Source: Arcobacter sp.
GTDB lineage: Bacteria; Campylobacterota; Campylobacteria; Campylobacterales; Arcobacteraceae
Reading direction: 5' to 3'
Assembly (NCBI GenBank): GCA_965662175.1
Contig: CBFIGT010000082.1
Span: 1-10,202 of the forward strand
DNA length: 10,202 nt
In this document: positions 1 to 8,343 of the stretch, one piece after another
Numbering within the stretch: the stretch's first letter is position 1
Layout: each line of letters begins with the position of its first letter
Program-made: the position numbers and the translations under genes
The notes under the pieces: generated by a model
What the model was told of the DNA's origin: nothing
The model's input: only the letters and a program-made list of their open reading frames with translations
The model's database searches: none

Positions 1-1
1 A

Positions 2-619
2 AAAGTTTTAGAAGTAAAAGATGCTGCTTCTTATACATATATTAAAGTAGAAGAGCAAGGTAAACAGTTTTGGGCTGCAATTAATAAAGCAGCAATAAAT
101 GTTGGTCAAGAAGTAACTATCAAAGAACAAGTATGGATGCAAAACTTTAAAAGTAAAGCTTTAGATAAAACTTTTGACAAAATTTTATTTGCCGATTATG
201 AAGGAAAAGATGTAAATAATACTAATGATATTCATAATATTCATGGAAAAATGATTATGAAAAAACAAGCAGAAGTTAAACCCGATGTAAAATTTAACTT
301 GGGTACTTTCACCTCTGATTCAAAACCAATAAAAAGTGATATCTCTGATTTATATAAAAATAAATCAACATATAAAAATAAAAATGTAGAAATCCAAGGT
401 GATGTTATACAAGTATCAAATAAAGTTATGGGTAATACTTGGGTTAAAATCTCAAATGGAAAAGATGCCCTTATTTTTAGATCACCAAATGAAGATGAAA
501 AGGTAAAAATAGGTGATAAAGTAAAAGTTGTAGGAACAATAAACACAGATATAGATTTTGGACACGGATATAAATACGAAATCTTAGGTGTAAATGGAAA
601 ATTTGAAGTTTTACAATAG
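2..619 (+). CDS. OB-fold protein with two OB-like domains, NrfJ-related; 5'-truncated by the window edge
   Basis: The frame of the 137..619 ORF stays open back to position 2 (KVLEVKDAASYTYIKVEEQGKQFWAAINKAAINVGQEVTIKEQVW-MQNFKSKALDKTFDKILF). The YTY..W.A..G..V..M.NF.SK.L..TFD.I.F pattern resembles NrfJ-like OB folds. A second OB-like domain follows (GDVIQV..MGNTWV..GDKVKVVGT..DFGHGYKY). Stop TAG at 617-619. Confidence 0.7.
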   Translation, partial: KVLEVKDAASYTYIKVEEQGKQFWAAINKAAINVGQEVTIKEQVWMQNFKSKALDKTFDKILFADYEGKDVNNTNDIHNIHGKMIMKKQAEVKPDVKFNLGTFTSDSKPIKSDISDLYKNKSTYKNKNVEIQGDVIQVSNKVMGNTWVKISNGKDALIFRSPNEDEKVKIGDKVKVVGTINTDIDFGHGYKYEILGVNGKFEVLQ

Positions 620-620
620 T

Positions 621-650
621 ATAAGAGAACCTTTTTAGGCTCTCTCTTAT
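621..650. terminator. Hairpin between convergent genes, probable bidirectional intrinsic terminator
   Basis: ATAAGAGA (621-628) pairs with TCTCTTAT (643-650) around an inner CCT-TTTT-AGG. It lies in the 40-bp gap between the convergent stops at 619 and 660. Confidence 0.6.
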
Positions 651-659
651 TCTGTATTT

Positions 660-3600
660 TTAGTTATATTTAGGCTTAGTTTCAGCAACTAAAATTTCAT
701 CACTTAAATAATTATTATTATTTATTATTAAATAACTATCGTCACCAATTTCTGCCAAATGATATATATGATTAAAAACCTCTTGTTTTTTGCTAGCAAA
801 AATAACTCTATCATAAGATAATGGTAACTCTTCATCAAGCACTTCATTTATAGTTGCTTCTACTTCCTCTTTTTTCTGTCTATCGTTATACCAGTTATAG
901 ATAAATAGCTCTCTTTTTTTATCACTAAAAGCTTTTAGTAAACTTTTAGCAGCTTTTTTAACCTTTTTTTCCTCTTCTTTTGTAAGATTCTCTTTTTTCA
1001 ACAAATCAAATATCTCGAGTTCTTCTTCATTATCAAAGCCAAGAGAGATATATCTCTCTTGCTCAACATCTAGTTTTTGATACTGTTCTATTAATTTTTC
1101 AAAAGCATCTTCCACATCAATACTTCCGTTGTTGTAATCATCAATAACTTTTTGAAAATCTTCCAAGAAATTTCCTCTAGTTTTATTTTTTGCCATCATC
1201 TGTTTTAGTTTCAATTCCATAAACTCTTTTAAATCTGTAAATTCACTGTTTTTATGTACTTTTTTAGGAAACTCTTCTCTTAGTTTTTCAAAATCTAATT
1301 TTCCTAGATTTATTTGTTTATAATCAGTTATAGTCACTTTTGTATTTTCTAAATCCCTATTTCCAAATACACTTCTATCCAAAAGCTCATCAATATCTTT
1401 TCTAGCTTTTTCTATCTCTTCATCACGGTCAAGTTTTCTATTTACAATTTCTTTTAAATATAACAACAAATCCCTGTCTTTTTTATAATTTGGATAATCA
1501 TAAACCTCAGGTTTAGCACTATCATAAAGACTTGAAATAGTATTTACAAATAAATTGAAATCTTTTCTAGTATCATCACTTTTTAAAATAATATTTGCAA
1601 AATCTTTAAATAGTTCAATTTCTGTAAATCCTTTTTCTCCAAGATTATGTATTTTATTTACATTAATATCTATACTATTTAAAAACTCTTTTGATTTTTT
1701 TATAGCTTCATCAAGTAAATTTAAAAGCTCATCAAACTCTCTTACAGGCATATCAATAGGATTATTTTCCCCATTTGAGCCCTCAGCATAATCACTTAAT
1801 GCTTTTTTTAGGTTTCTAAATACACCAAAATAGTCAATAATCATTCCATTTTTTTTTGCCTCATAAACTCTGTTTGCTCTAGCAATTGTTTGCATTAAAG
1901 TATGATTTTTCATAGGTTTATCAAGATATAGTGTTGATACACTTGGAGCATCAAATCCCGTCATCCACATAGCTGTCACAAATACTATTCTATAACTATT
2001 ATTTGGGTCTTTAAAATAATCCTCTATATCCGCACCATTATCATCTAATTTATTGATTAATTCTCTATGAGGTTTTATATCTAAGCCCTCTTTTGCAAAT
2101 CTTTCAGCCTCTTCTTTATCACTTCCCTCTTGAGAGATTACAACTGCCATTTTAGTTTCATCTATAAAGTCAAGTTTTCTTTGGATTTCTATTTTTTCTT
2201 CTTCACTTGCTCGAAACTTAGCTCTTGTTAACTCTTTTTTTTCTTCTTTTAAAGCTAATTGTACTTTATCATACATTCTTACTGCTGTGAATTTATCAAT
2301 AGAAATAACCATAGCTTTCATTGGTTTTCTATTTCCATTTTCATCTCTTACATCAAGTCTAGAGGGAAAATGTTTTACTATATGTTTTGCTATTTCATCA
2401 AGTCTATCATCTCTTTTCACTGCTTGGAAAAGTGTAGTATACTCTTTATTTAATTTATCAATTTGTTCTTCATTTATATCATACTGATTTAATATTTCTG
2501 TAGCTTCATCACTTAAATCATCATTTTCTAAAACTACACTTGGGACACTTTTTCTATAAAATAATGGAACAGTAGCCCCATCTTCTATACTTTGGGCAAA
2601 ATTGTATTCAGAAACATATTTACCAAACCAATTTTCAGTCAATCCATTTTTTAAAATTGGCGTCCCTGTAAAGGCAATATATTGAGCATGGGGAAGTGCA
2701 ATTTTTAGATTTTCTCCTAGTCCTTTATATTGACTTCTGTGAGCTTCATCTACTATTACTATCCAATCATCTCTATTACTTTTTTCTGTATAGGTTTTAC
2801 CTTTTTCTATACCAAAGTTAAAAATAGTTGAGAAATAATAACTTTTATTTAAACTTAGTGCCTCTTGTAATTGAGCTCTACTTCTATTTCCTTTTGCTCT
2901 ATATTGGTTATTATCAGTTTTTTCACCTGCACCCAAAGTTATAGTTTTTGTATCACAAAAGTTTTTAAATATTTGGTCATCTAAATCATTTCTATCTGTT
3001 ATTATCAAAAATGACCAATTTCCAATTATTTTTCTTCTTATTTTTTTTGAAAAATATATCATCGAGTATGATTTTCCACTTCCTTGAGTGTGCCAAAAAA
3101 CTCCTAGTTTTCCATTGTTATCTTTTCTTTCAAAGTTTTCAATAGCTCTATTTACACCTAAAAACTGGTGATTTTTTGCTATTACTTTTATCTTTTTTTT
3201 ATGATATAAAACAAAGTTTTCAAGATAATCTACAAAATGCTCTTTAGAAAATAATCCTTCACAAAGTCTTTGTAAAGATAGTCTTGAGTCTTCTTTTTTA
3301 CTTTTTTGCTCTAAAAGTAAAAGTCCATCTTGTTTTTTATTTGAAATATTATCTTCTAATTTTGCCCAAGAAAAAAAGTGTTCCCAAGGAGCATTAAAAC
3401 TCCCTAGCCTTGTTTGGTGACCATTTGATATACCAACACAAAGATTATAATAAAAGAGTTGAGGAATATCTCTTCTGTAGGTTTGTAAATTTGAGTCATA
3501 TCCTGTTTTAATCTTTACACTAGCATTTTTAAGTTCTAACATCACTAAAGGTAAACCATTTATATAAAGTATTAAATCAGGTCTTCTTTTTCCATTTGAA

Positions 3601-4016
3601 CTTAGATATTCAATAGTAAGTTGAGATAGAACTAAAAACTCATTATAAATTTTATCTTCTTCATCATATCCTATAATTTTTATATAGGTTGATTCTTCTT
3701 TTCCATCACTATTTTTAAAAGTATGAAAAATACCATTTTGTATATAGTTATATATCTCTTCATTTGCTTCAAATTCACTCAAGCTTACTCTTGATTTTGT
3801 AAGTTCTTCTATGGCAAAAGATATTGAAGTTTGAGGAAGATTTGGGTTTAAATTTTTTAGGGCTTTTTTAAGGTTTTGTTTTAAAACTACATCTTTTAAG
3901 CTATCTCTCCCTACAAGTTCATCTTTCCAAGCATTTATATGTTTGTCATAGTTCAAATTTTCTAAAAAAAACTTAATATCTGCATCTTCTATGTGGGATT
4001 CATTTAGATATGCCAT
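660..4016 (-). CDS. hsdR: Type I restriction enzyme endonuclease/translocase subunit R
   Basis: 1118 aa. PD-(D/E)xK nuclease motif RRPDLILYINGLPLVMLELKN, Walker A HTQGSGKS, DEAH box IVDEAHRSQY, FTGTP, MWMTGFDAP and QTIARANR. In an operon with hsdM and hsdS. Confidence 0.97.
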   Translation of the reverse strand: MAYLNESHIEDADIKFFLENLNYDKHINAWKDELVGRDSLKDVVLKQNLKKALKNLNPNLPQTSISFAIEELTKSRVSLSEFEANEEIYNYIQNGIFHTFKNSDGKEESTYIKIIGYDEEDKIYNEFLVLSQLTIEYLSSNGKRRPDLILYINGLPLVMLELKNASVKIKTGYDSNLQTYRRDIPQLFYYNLCVGISNGHQTRLGSFNAPWEHFFSWAKLEDNISNKKQDGLLLLEQKSKKEDSRLSLQRLCEGLFSKEHFVDYLENFVLYHKKKIKVIAKNHQFLGVNRAIENFERKDNNGKLGVFWHTQGSGKSYSMIYFSKKIRRKIIGNWSFLIITDRNDLDDQIFKNFCDTKTITLGAGEKTDNNQYRAKGNRSRAQLQEALSLNKSYYFSTIFNFGIEKGKTYTEKSNRDDWIVIVDEAHRSQYKGLGENLKIALPHAQYIAFTGTPILKNGLTENWFGKYVSEYNFAQSIEDGATVPLFYRKSVPSVVLENDDLSDEATEILNQYDINEEQIDKLNKEYTTLFQAVKRDDRLDEIAKHIVKHFPSRLDVRDENGNRKPMKAMVISIDKFTAVRMYDKVQLALKEEKKELTRAKFRASEEEKIEIQRKLDFIDETKMAVVISQEGSDKEEAERFAKEGLDIKPHRELINKLDDNGADIEDYFKDPNNSYRIVFVTAMWMTGFDAPSVSTLYLDKPMKNHTLMQTIARANRVYEAKKNGMIIDYFGVFRNLKKALSDYAEGSNGENNPIDMPVREFDELLNLLDEAIKKSKEFLNSIDINVNKIHNLGEKGFTEIELFKDFANIILKSDDTRKDFNLFVNTISSLYDSAKPEVYDYPNYKKDRDLLLYLKEIVNRKLDRDEEIEKARKDIDELLDRSVFGNRDLENTKVTITDYKQINLGKLDFEKLREEFPKKVHKNSEFTDLKEFMELKLKQMMAKNKTRGNFLEDFQKVIDDYNNGSIDVEDAFEKLIEQYQKLDVEQERYISLGFDNEEELEIFDLLKKENLTKEEEKKVKKAAKSLLKAFSDKKRELFIYNWYNDRQKKEEVEATINEVLDEELPLSYDRVIFASKKQEVFNHIYHLAEIGDDSYLIINNNNYLSDEILVAETKPKYN
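1040..1061. repeat. Perfect 22-bp palindrome inside hsdR
   Basis: CAAGAGAGATA|TATCTCTCTTG is self-complementary with no spacer. Confidence 0.9.
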
Positions 4017-4018
4017 GA

Positions 4019-5011
4019 TTATTTGTTCTCCAATCTTTCATAAAACTCATTAAGTTTTTGTCTTAAAAGCTCTTTAGGAATAAGTTTTGTTTCATATTCA
4101 GATATAACTGTGGGACTTAGACTTCTACTTAGTGCATATTCTACAATTTCATCGTTTTTTTCTCTACAAAGAAGTACTCCTATACTTGGGTTTTCATCTT
4201 CTGTTTTAACATCTCTATCTAAAGCTTCTAAGTAAAATTCTAGTTGCCCTAAATCTCCAGGTTTAAAATGACCTACTTTTAGTTCAAATGCAATTAAACA
4301 TTTTAAATGCCTATGATAAAAAAGTAAATCTATATAAAAATCAGTAGTCCCAACTTGTAAACGATACTCTTGACCTATAAATGCAAAACCAATACCTAAC
4401 TCTAAAATAAACTCTTTAAGTGAAAATAAAATTGCTTTTTGAAAATCTTTTTCATTATGTTTTTCTTTAATATCTAAAAATTCCAAAGTATAAATATCTT
4501 TAAATACATTTGTAGTATCTTGAGGCAATTCTCTCACCACTGATGAGAGTTTTTCATTTCCTAAAACTGTTCTTTCAAATAAAGAGCTATTTATTTGTCT
4601 AGTTAGTTCTCTTACACTATATTTTTCTTTTGCAGAAAAAGTCAAATAGAATTCTCTTTCTTCCTCAGTTTTTAGGCTCATTATTCGTCTGTTATGACTC
4701 CAAGATAAAACTCTACACAGTGTGTAGAGTTTTTTATCATCTTTATATGTCTCATAAAATTGTTTCATTAACCAAAGATTTTTATCACTAAATCCTTTGA
4801 TTGTAGGGTCTTGTTTTTTAATATATATAGATAAATCTTTAACAACACTTTTACCCCAATTTTCTTTGATGGTTTTTAAACAAAGATATTGACCTACATC
4901 CCAATAAAGTTCTATAAGAGTCGTATTTACTTGTGCATAGGCTTTTTGTTTTGCTTTTTGTATGAGCTTTACTATCTCATTAAAATTTGTATTTGTCAAA
5001 TTATCTGCCAT
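4019..5011 (-). CDS. yhcG: YhcG/DUF1016 family protein (N-terminal domain plus C-terminal PD-(D/E)xK nuclease domain)
   Basis: 330 aa with family motifs VNxxLIxLYWxVG, WGKSVVxDLS, GFSxxNLxxMxQFY, LSWSH, EREFY, KDxYxLEFL, FILELGxGFAFIGxEY, FYIDLLFYHRHLKCLIAFELK, GQLEFY and ENPSIGVLLC. SD AAGGA lies upstream of the ATG. Confidence 0.93.
   Translation of the reverse strand: MADNLTNTNFNEIVKLIQKAKQKAYAQVNTTLIELYWDVGQYLCLKTIKENWGKSVVKDLSIYIKKQDPTIKGFSDKNLWLMKQFYETYKDDKKLYTLCRVLSWSHNRRIMSLKTEEEREFYLTFSAKEKYSVRELTRQINSSLFERTVLGNEKLSSVVRELPQDTTNVFKDIYTLEFLDIKEKHNEKDFQKAILFSLKEFILELGIGFAFIGQEYRLQVGTTDFYIDLLFYHRHLKCLIAFELKVGHFKPGDLGQLEFYLEALDRDVKTEDENPSIGVLLCREKNDEIVEYALSRSLSPTVISEYETKLIPKELLRQKLNEFYERLENK
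4527..4553. repeat. Imperfect 27-bp dyad in yhcG (copy A)
   Basis: AATTCTCTCACCA-C-TGATGAGAGTTTT. CTCTCA/TGAGAG arms, inner CA/TG and outer AA/TT. Encodes KLSSVVREL from codon 154. Confidence 0.75.
4707..4733. repeat. Perfect 13-bp inverted repeat with 1-nt spacer in yhcG (copy B)
   Basis: AAAACTCTACACA-G-TGTGTAGAGTTTT. Encodes KLYTLCRVL from codon 94. Lies 180 bp from copy A in the same register. Confidence 0.9.
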
Positions 5012-5024
5012 AATTATTCCTTAC

Positions 5025-6260
5025 TTAAACTATATCCAAATCTTTTATATCTAGTTTACCACTTATAAGTCTTGGTAGAAGCAAATCTCTTGTTTCTTTT
5101 AGGTTTTGGTTTTTTAATTTTAAATTATTAAAACTCTTATAAATAGGTTTTATAAGTTTACAAAATTTATTCAAGATATCTTTATTTGGAATCATTACTC
5201 TAATATCATTTAAAATACTTATTGGTAATTGAGGTTGTGCAGATCCTGTACTAAATAATTCAACTTGATTTTGAAATATTTCAGATATAAAATATTGATG
5301 TAAATAATATTCATTATAATCACAAATTAAATCTCGAATAATCAGCATTCCTGAATTTATTCTAATATTTTTATATTCGCTTGTTGATTCATAAAGAACT
5401 ACATTTCCAATTGTACCTCTTGTCGTTAAAATAATATCTTTATATTTTAATTTTCCATTTCCTAATATATTATCTTTATCCATAGAAATAAATTGGTTAT
5501 TATCAAACTTAAAACCATTTTTTGAAACATTACTTGTACTTAGAAATAAACAATATCCTTTCGATGTAAATTCATCTTGTTTAGGGTAATTTTTTCCTCT
5601 ATCTCCATCTATAAATTTTAAATTGGAATCTCTTAATTTGATGTATTTCCATCCATTAGGAATTCCATCGACTATTTTTGTATTTTGATAATTTGGAAAA
5701 CGAAGTCTTACAAACCACTCTTTATAAAGCTCTTCAGCCATGTTTTCAAGTAGTTTGATTCGAGTGTTGTTGTTTTCGATTAGATTATCGTAGTTTGAGA
5801 TTAGATTAACTATTTTTTGTTGAGTTTTTAAAGGTGGTAGTTTTATTTTAATACTTTTAAAAGCATCATGATTTAAATCTAACTGAGCAGTTCCTGTAGC
5901 TAAAGTTTGAGCATAATTTCTTATTATTTTTGTATTTAAGAGTTTATATAAAAATATTTTATTTATTTTATCTTCATTAGGAATAACTTTAAAACAGTTA
6001 TTATAAATTACACCTCTTTTACCCATAAAAGCATATCCAACTTGACCTGTTCTACTGTAAATTATTTCATCTTCAAAAACTAAAAATTGTTTTGGTACTT
6101 CTTTTTTTACAAAAAGAGTTTCAGTATTATTTAATAAATCTGATATTTTTAATAACGGTAATCCTGTTTCATCAGATAAATAATGTTGACTTTTTACATT
6201 AAGTGCAAATCCTTGCCTTAAAGTAACCAAACCCTCTAATTTTAATTCTTCCCAAGACAC
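5025..6260 (-). CDS. hsdS: Type I R-M specificity subunit S with two target recognition domains
   Basis: 411 aa. Central conserved helix IKIKLPPLKTQQKIVNLISNYDNLIENN..LLENMAEELYKEWFV, C-terminal NQNLKETRDLLLPRLISG, and duplicated GTAQ/GSAQ motifs. The GTG start directly follows the hsdM TAA, with GAGG in the last hsdM codons (translational coupling). Confidence 0.95.
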   Translation of the reverse strand: MSWEELKLEGLVTLRQGFALNVKSQHYLSDETGLPLLKISDLLNNTETLFVKKEVPKQFLVFEDEIIYSRTGQVGYAFMGKRGVIYNNCFKVIPNEDKINKIFLYKLLNTKIIRNYAQTLATGTAQLDLNHDAFKSIKIKLPPLKTQQKIVNLISNYDNLIENNNTRIKLLENMAEELYKEWFVRLRFPNYQNTKIVDGIPNGWKYIKLRDSNLKFIDGDRGKNYPKQDEFTSKGYCLFLSTSNVSKNGFKFDNNQFISMDKDNILGNGKLKYKDIILTTRGTIGNVVLYESTSEYKNIRINSGMLIIRDLICDYNEYYLHQYFISEIFQNQVELFSTGSAQPQLPISILNDIRVMIPNKDILNKFCKLIKPIYKSFNNLKLKNQNLKETRDLLLPRLISGKLDIKDLDIV

Positions 6261-8174
6261 TTAAAACACCTCTTGAAAATTTTGTTCAATCATCTTTTCA
6301 AGTTCACTTGCTTCTTTATTCAACTTTAAAAGTTCATTATGTTTTTCTTTCATCAACACTTTAAACTCATCAACACTAAGATTATCATCTTCAAGTGCAA
6401 CTCCCACATATCTTCCAGCATTTAAAGAGTAATCATGTTCTTCTATATATTCACTTTTATTGGCTACTTTACAAAGCCCTTCTATATCTTTATATTTTCC
6501 ATCTGGAAACTTATCTTCTAGCCATGTTATATTTTCAGCCCAGTAGTTTATATCTTTGATTACCTCTTCTAAGTTTGCTAATTTTATATCTAGTTCTTTT
6601 GATTTTGCTGTTAGTTTTAGTTTTCTAAGATTTGGTTTTAAACTATCTTGAAAAGTTGCATTTTTCTCTTTTGTATTTTTTAGTAATAAGTTTATATCTT
6701 CAAGTTTTAAACTTATACTTTGTGATAGTTTTTCTACTTTTATAAGCTCTGAAATGTCATTATAAAACTCTTCATATTTTTTATAAACCTCTTCTAGTTT
6801 ATCTTTTGACTCTTGCATATTTGTATTATATTTTTCTATATTTTTATGATATTTTTCATCACTTCCATGATATAGATTTACTATTGTTGCAAGATTTTGG
6901 ATATTTTCTTCGCTCCATTCTCTGTGGGCTCTATCTATTTGCTTATATACATTTCTTGCATCTATAAAGAGGATTTTATCTTTTCTAGCTGTTTTTACCT
7001 TTGACTTATCAAAAAACCATAAAGTTGCAGGAAGAGTTACAGTATAAAACATATTAGAAGGAATTGTAACCATGACATCAACTATTCCACTATCAACTAT
7101 CTTTTTTCTTATCTCATATTCACTATTTCTTGCATCACTTGCTGAGTTTGGCATAACAAATCCAGCTTTTCCCGTCTCATTTAGAGAAGTAGCAAAAAGA
7201 GAAATCCAAAGATAGTTTGCATCTGTGATTTTGTCATCTTTTTTTCCTTTGTTTTTAGGAAGTCCATAGTTTGTAAATCTAGCGTCATTTTTTACTGTTG
7301 CTTCTTTTACACCTTTTACATTAAAAGGTGGATTTGCCATCACAAAATCAAACTTTTCAAAGCTATCATAAGGATTTTCTTCATAAGAGTTTGCTTTTTT
7401 TATCTCACCTCGAAGATTGTTTACTAGAAGATTCATTTTTGCTAGTTTTACTGTTGAAGCTTCATTTTCTTGCCCACAAACATATATATCATCTCTTTTG
7501 TGTTTTGTCTCTTCTAAGAAGTTTGCAGACTGCACAAACATACCACCACTTCCACATGCAGGATCAAAAATCTTCCCACTATATGGTTCTATAGTTTCAA
7601 CAATAAATTTTACCACTGAAGTTGGAGTAAAAAACTCTCCACCTTTTTGCCCTTCACTAAGTGCAAATTTTCCTAAAAAGTATTCATAAATCTTACCAAA
7701 TACATCACCACTAGCATTTTTTGGAATATTTGAAAATGATTTGAAAAGTTCAGGTAAAATATCAGAACCATTTTTTTCTATATCAAAATAAGCATCCTTT
7801 GGCAAAATGTCTTGAAATTTTTCATCTTGGTATTTCTCTATATCTTCCATAGCCTCTTTTATTGCTTTGGCTAAACTTTGTGATGTGGGAAGATTAAGCA
7901 GATATTCATATCTTGATTTTTCATCAAGATAAAAACCACACTTTTTAATAGCAACTTTTTGAATACTTTGTTCAGCTCTTGAACCTTTGTTTTTAAGATA
8001 TTCATTTAATATATCTTCTTCATAAATTGAGTATTTATTATCAGCAAATCTTAAAAAGATAATTCCCAAAACAGGCACAGCATAATCAGCTGATTTGATC
8101 CCACCTGTAGCTCTAAGTCTATTTGCAGATGCCCATAAATTATCTTCTAAATCTTTTAATTCTTTGTTTGTCAT
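6261..8174 (-). CDS. hsdM: Type I R-M N6-adenine methyltransferase subunit M
   Basis: 637 aa. N-terminal LWASANRLR..LGIIFLRF, GKIYEYFLGKFA..GGEFFTP, SAM-binding motif I FDPACGSGGM, catalytic motif IV NPPF and C-terminal YSLNAGRYVG. Confidence 0.97.
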   Translation of the reverse strand: MTNKELKDLEDNLWASANRLRATGGIKSADYAVPVLGIIFLRFADNKYSIYEEDILNEYLKNKGSRAEQSIQKVAIKKCGFYLDEKSRYEYLLNLPTSQSLAKAIKEAMEDIEKYQDEKFQDILPKDAYFDIEKNGSDILPELFKSFSNIPKNASGDVFGKIYEYFLGKFALSEGQKGGEFFTPTSVVKFIVETIEPYSGKIFDPACGSGGMFVQSANFLEETKHKRDDIYVCGQENEASTVKLAKMNLLVNNLRGEIKKANSYEENPYDSFEKFDFVMANPPFNVKGVKEATVKNDARFTNYGLPKNKGKKDDKITDANYLWISLFATSLNETGKAGFVMPNSASDARNSEYEIRKKIVDSGIVDVMVTIPSNMFYTVTLPATLWFFDKSKVKTARKDKILFIDARNVYKQIDRAHREWSEENIQNLATIVNLYHGSDEKYHKNIEKYNTNMQESKDKLEEVYKKYEEFYNDISELIKVEKLSQSISLKLEDINLLLKNTKEKNATFQDSLKPNLRKLKLTAKSKELDIKLANLEEVIKDINYWAENITWLEDKFPDGKYKDIEGLCKVANKSEYIEEHDYSLNAGRYVGVALEDDNLSVDEFKVLMKEKHNELLKLNKEASELEKMIEQNFQEVF

Positions 8175-8206
8175 TATATAACTTTTGTATTTATTTTTAG
8201 GATATT

Positions 8207-8240
8207 ATTTTACTAAAACTTTTTGATTAAGTGGCTTTAA
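8207..8240 (-). promoter_or_regulatory. Putative sigma70 promoter of hsdMS-yhcG-hsdR
   Basis: Minus strand reads TTAAAGCCACTTAATCAAAAAGTTTTAG-TAAAAT, with the -10 at 8212..8207 about 32 nt upstream of the hsdM ATG. The periodic T-tracts are typical of Campylobacterota promoters. Confidence 0.45.
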
Positions 8241-8260
8241 TTTTATAGGAAAATTATAAT

Positions 8261-8289
8261 TTGACAAAAAGATAAATCTCTGATAAAAT
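8261..8289 (+). promoter_or_regulatory. Near-consensus sigma70 promoter facing antisense into the pemK remnant
   Basis: TTGACA (8261-8266), 17-nt spacer, TGn extension (8281-8283), TAAAAT (8284-8289). No credible + strand gene lies downstream. Predicted start site about 8296. Confidence 0.7.
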
Positions 8290-8295
8290 AGTTTT

Positions 8296-8343
8296 ACAAT
8301 TTTCCTTCGGGACTACTCTCTTACACTTGTAAGAGAGGAAAAT
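8296..8343 (+). ncRNA. Candidate structured small or antisense RNA convergent on the pemK 3' end (3' boundary unknown)
   Basis: Immediately after the promoter are a TCC-TTCG-GGA C(UUCG)G tetraloop (8303-8312) and a 9-bp hairpin CTCTCTTAC-ACTT-GTAAGAGAG (8316-8337). An alternative outer pairing is ATTTTCCT (8299-8306) with AGGAAAAT (8336-8343). The patch is locally GC-rich and has no U-tract after the hairpin on either strand. Confidence 0.5.

Noticed and set aside
1849..1857. T9 run in hsdR (also T8 and A8 runs elsewhere) as phase-variation tracts
   Set aside because: Such runs are expected from Lys/Asn/Phe codons in an AT-rich genome. The frames are intact, and there are no poly-G/C tracts of the type that typically drives phase variation in this phylum.
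4608..4618. 11-nt match TCTCTTACACT between yhcG and the candidate RNA (8317-8327), suggesting trans targeting
   Set aside because: Many 11-nt matches are expected by chance in 10 kb of AT-rich DNA, and the segment is mostly buried in a stem.
621..8337. Shared CTCT/AGAG arms among the dyads at 621, 1040, 4527, 4707 and 8316 as one repeat family
   Set aside because: Arm order and spacing differ. Only the two yhcG copies share geometry.
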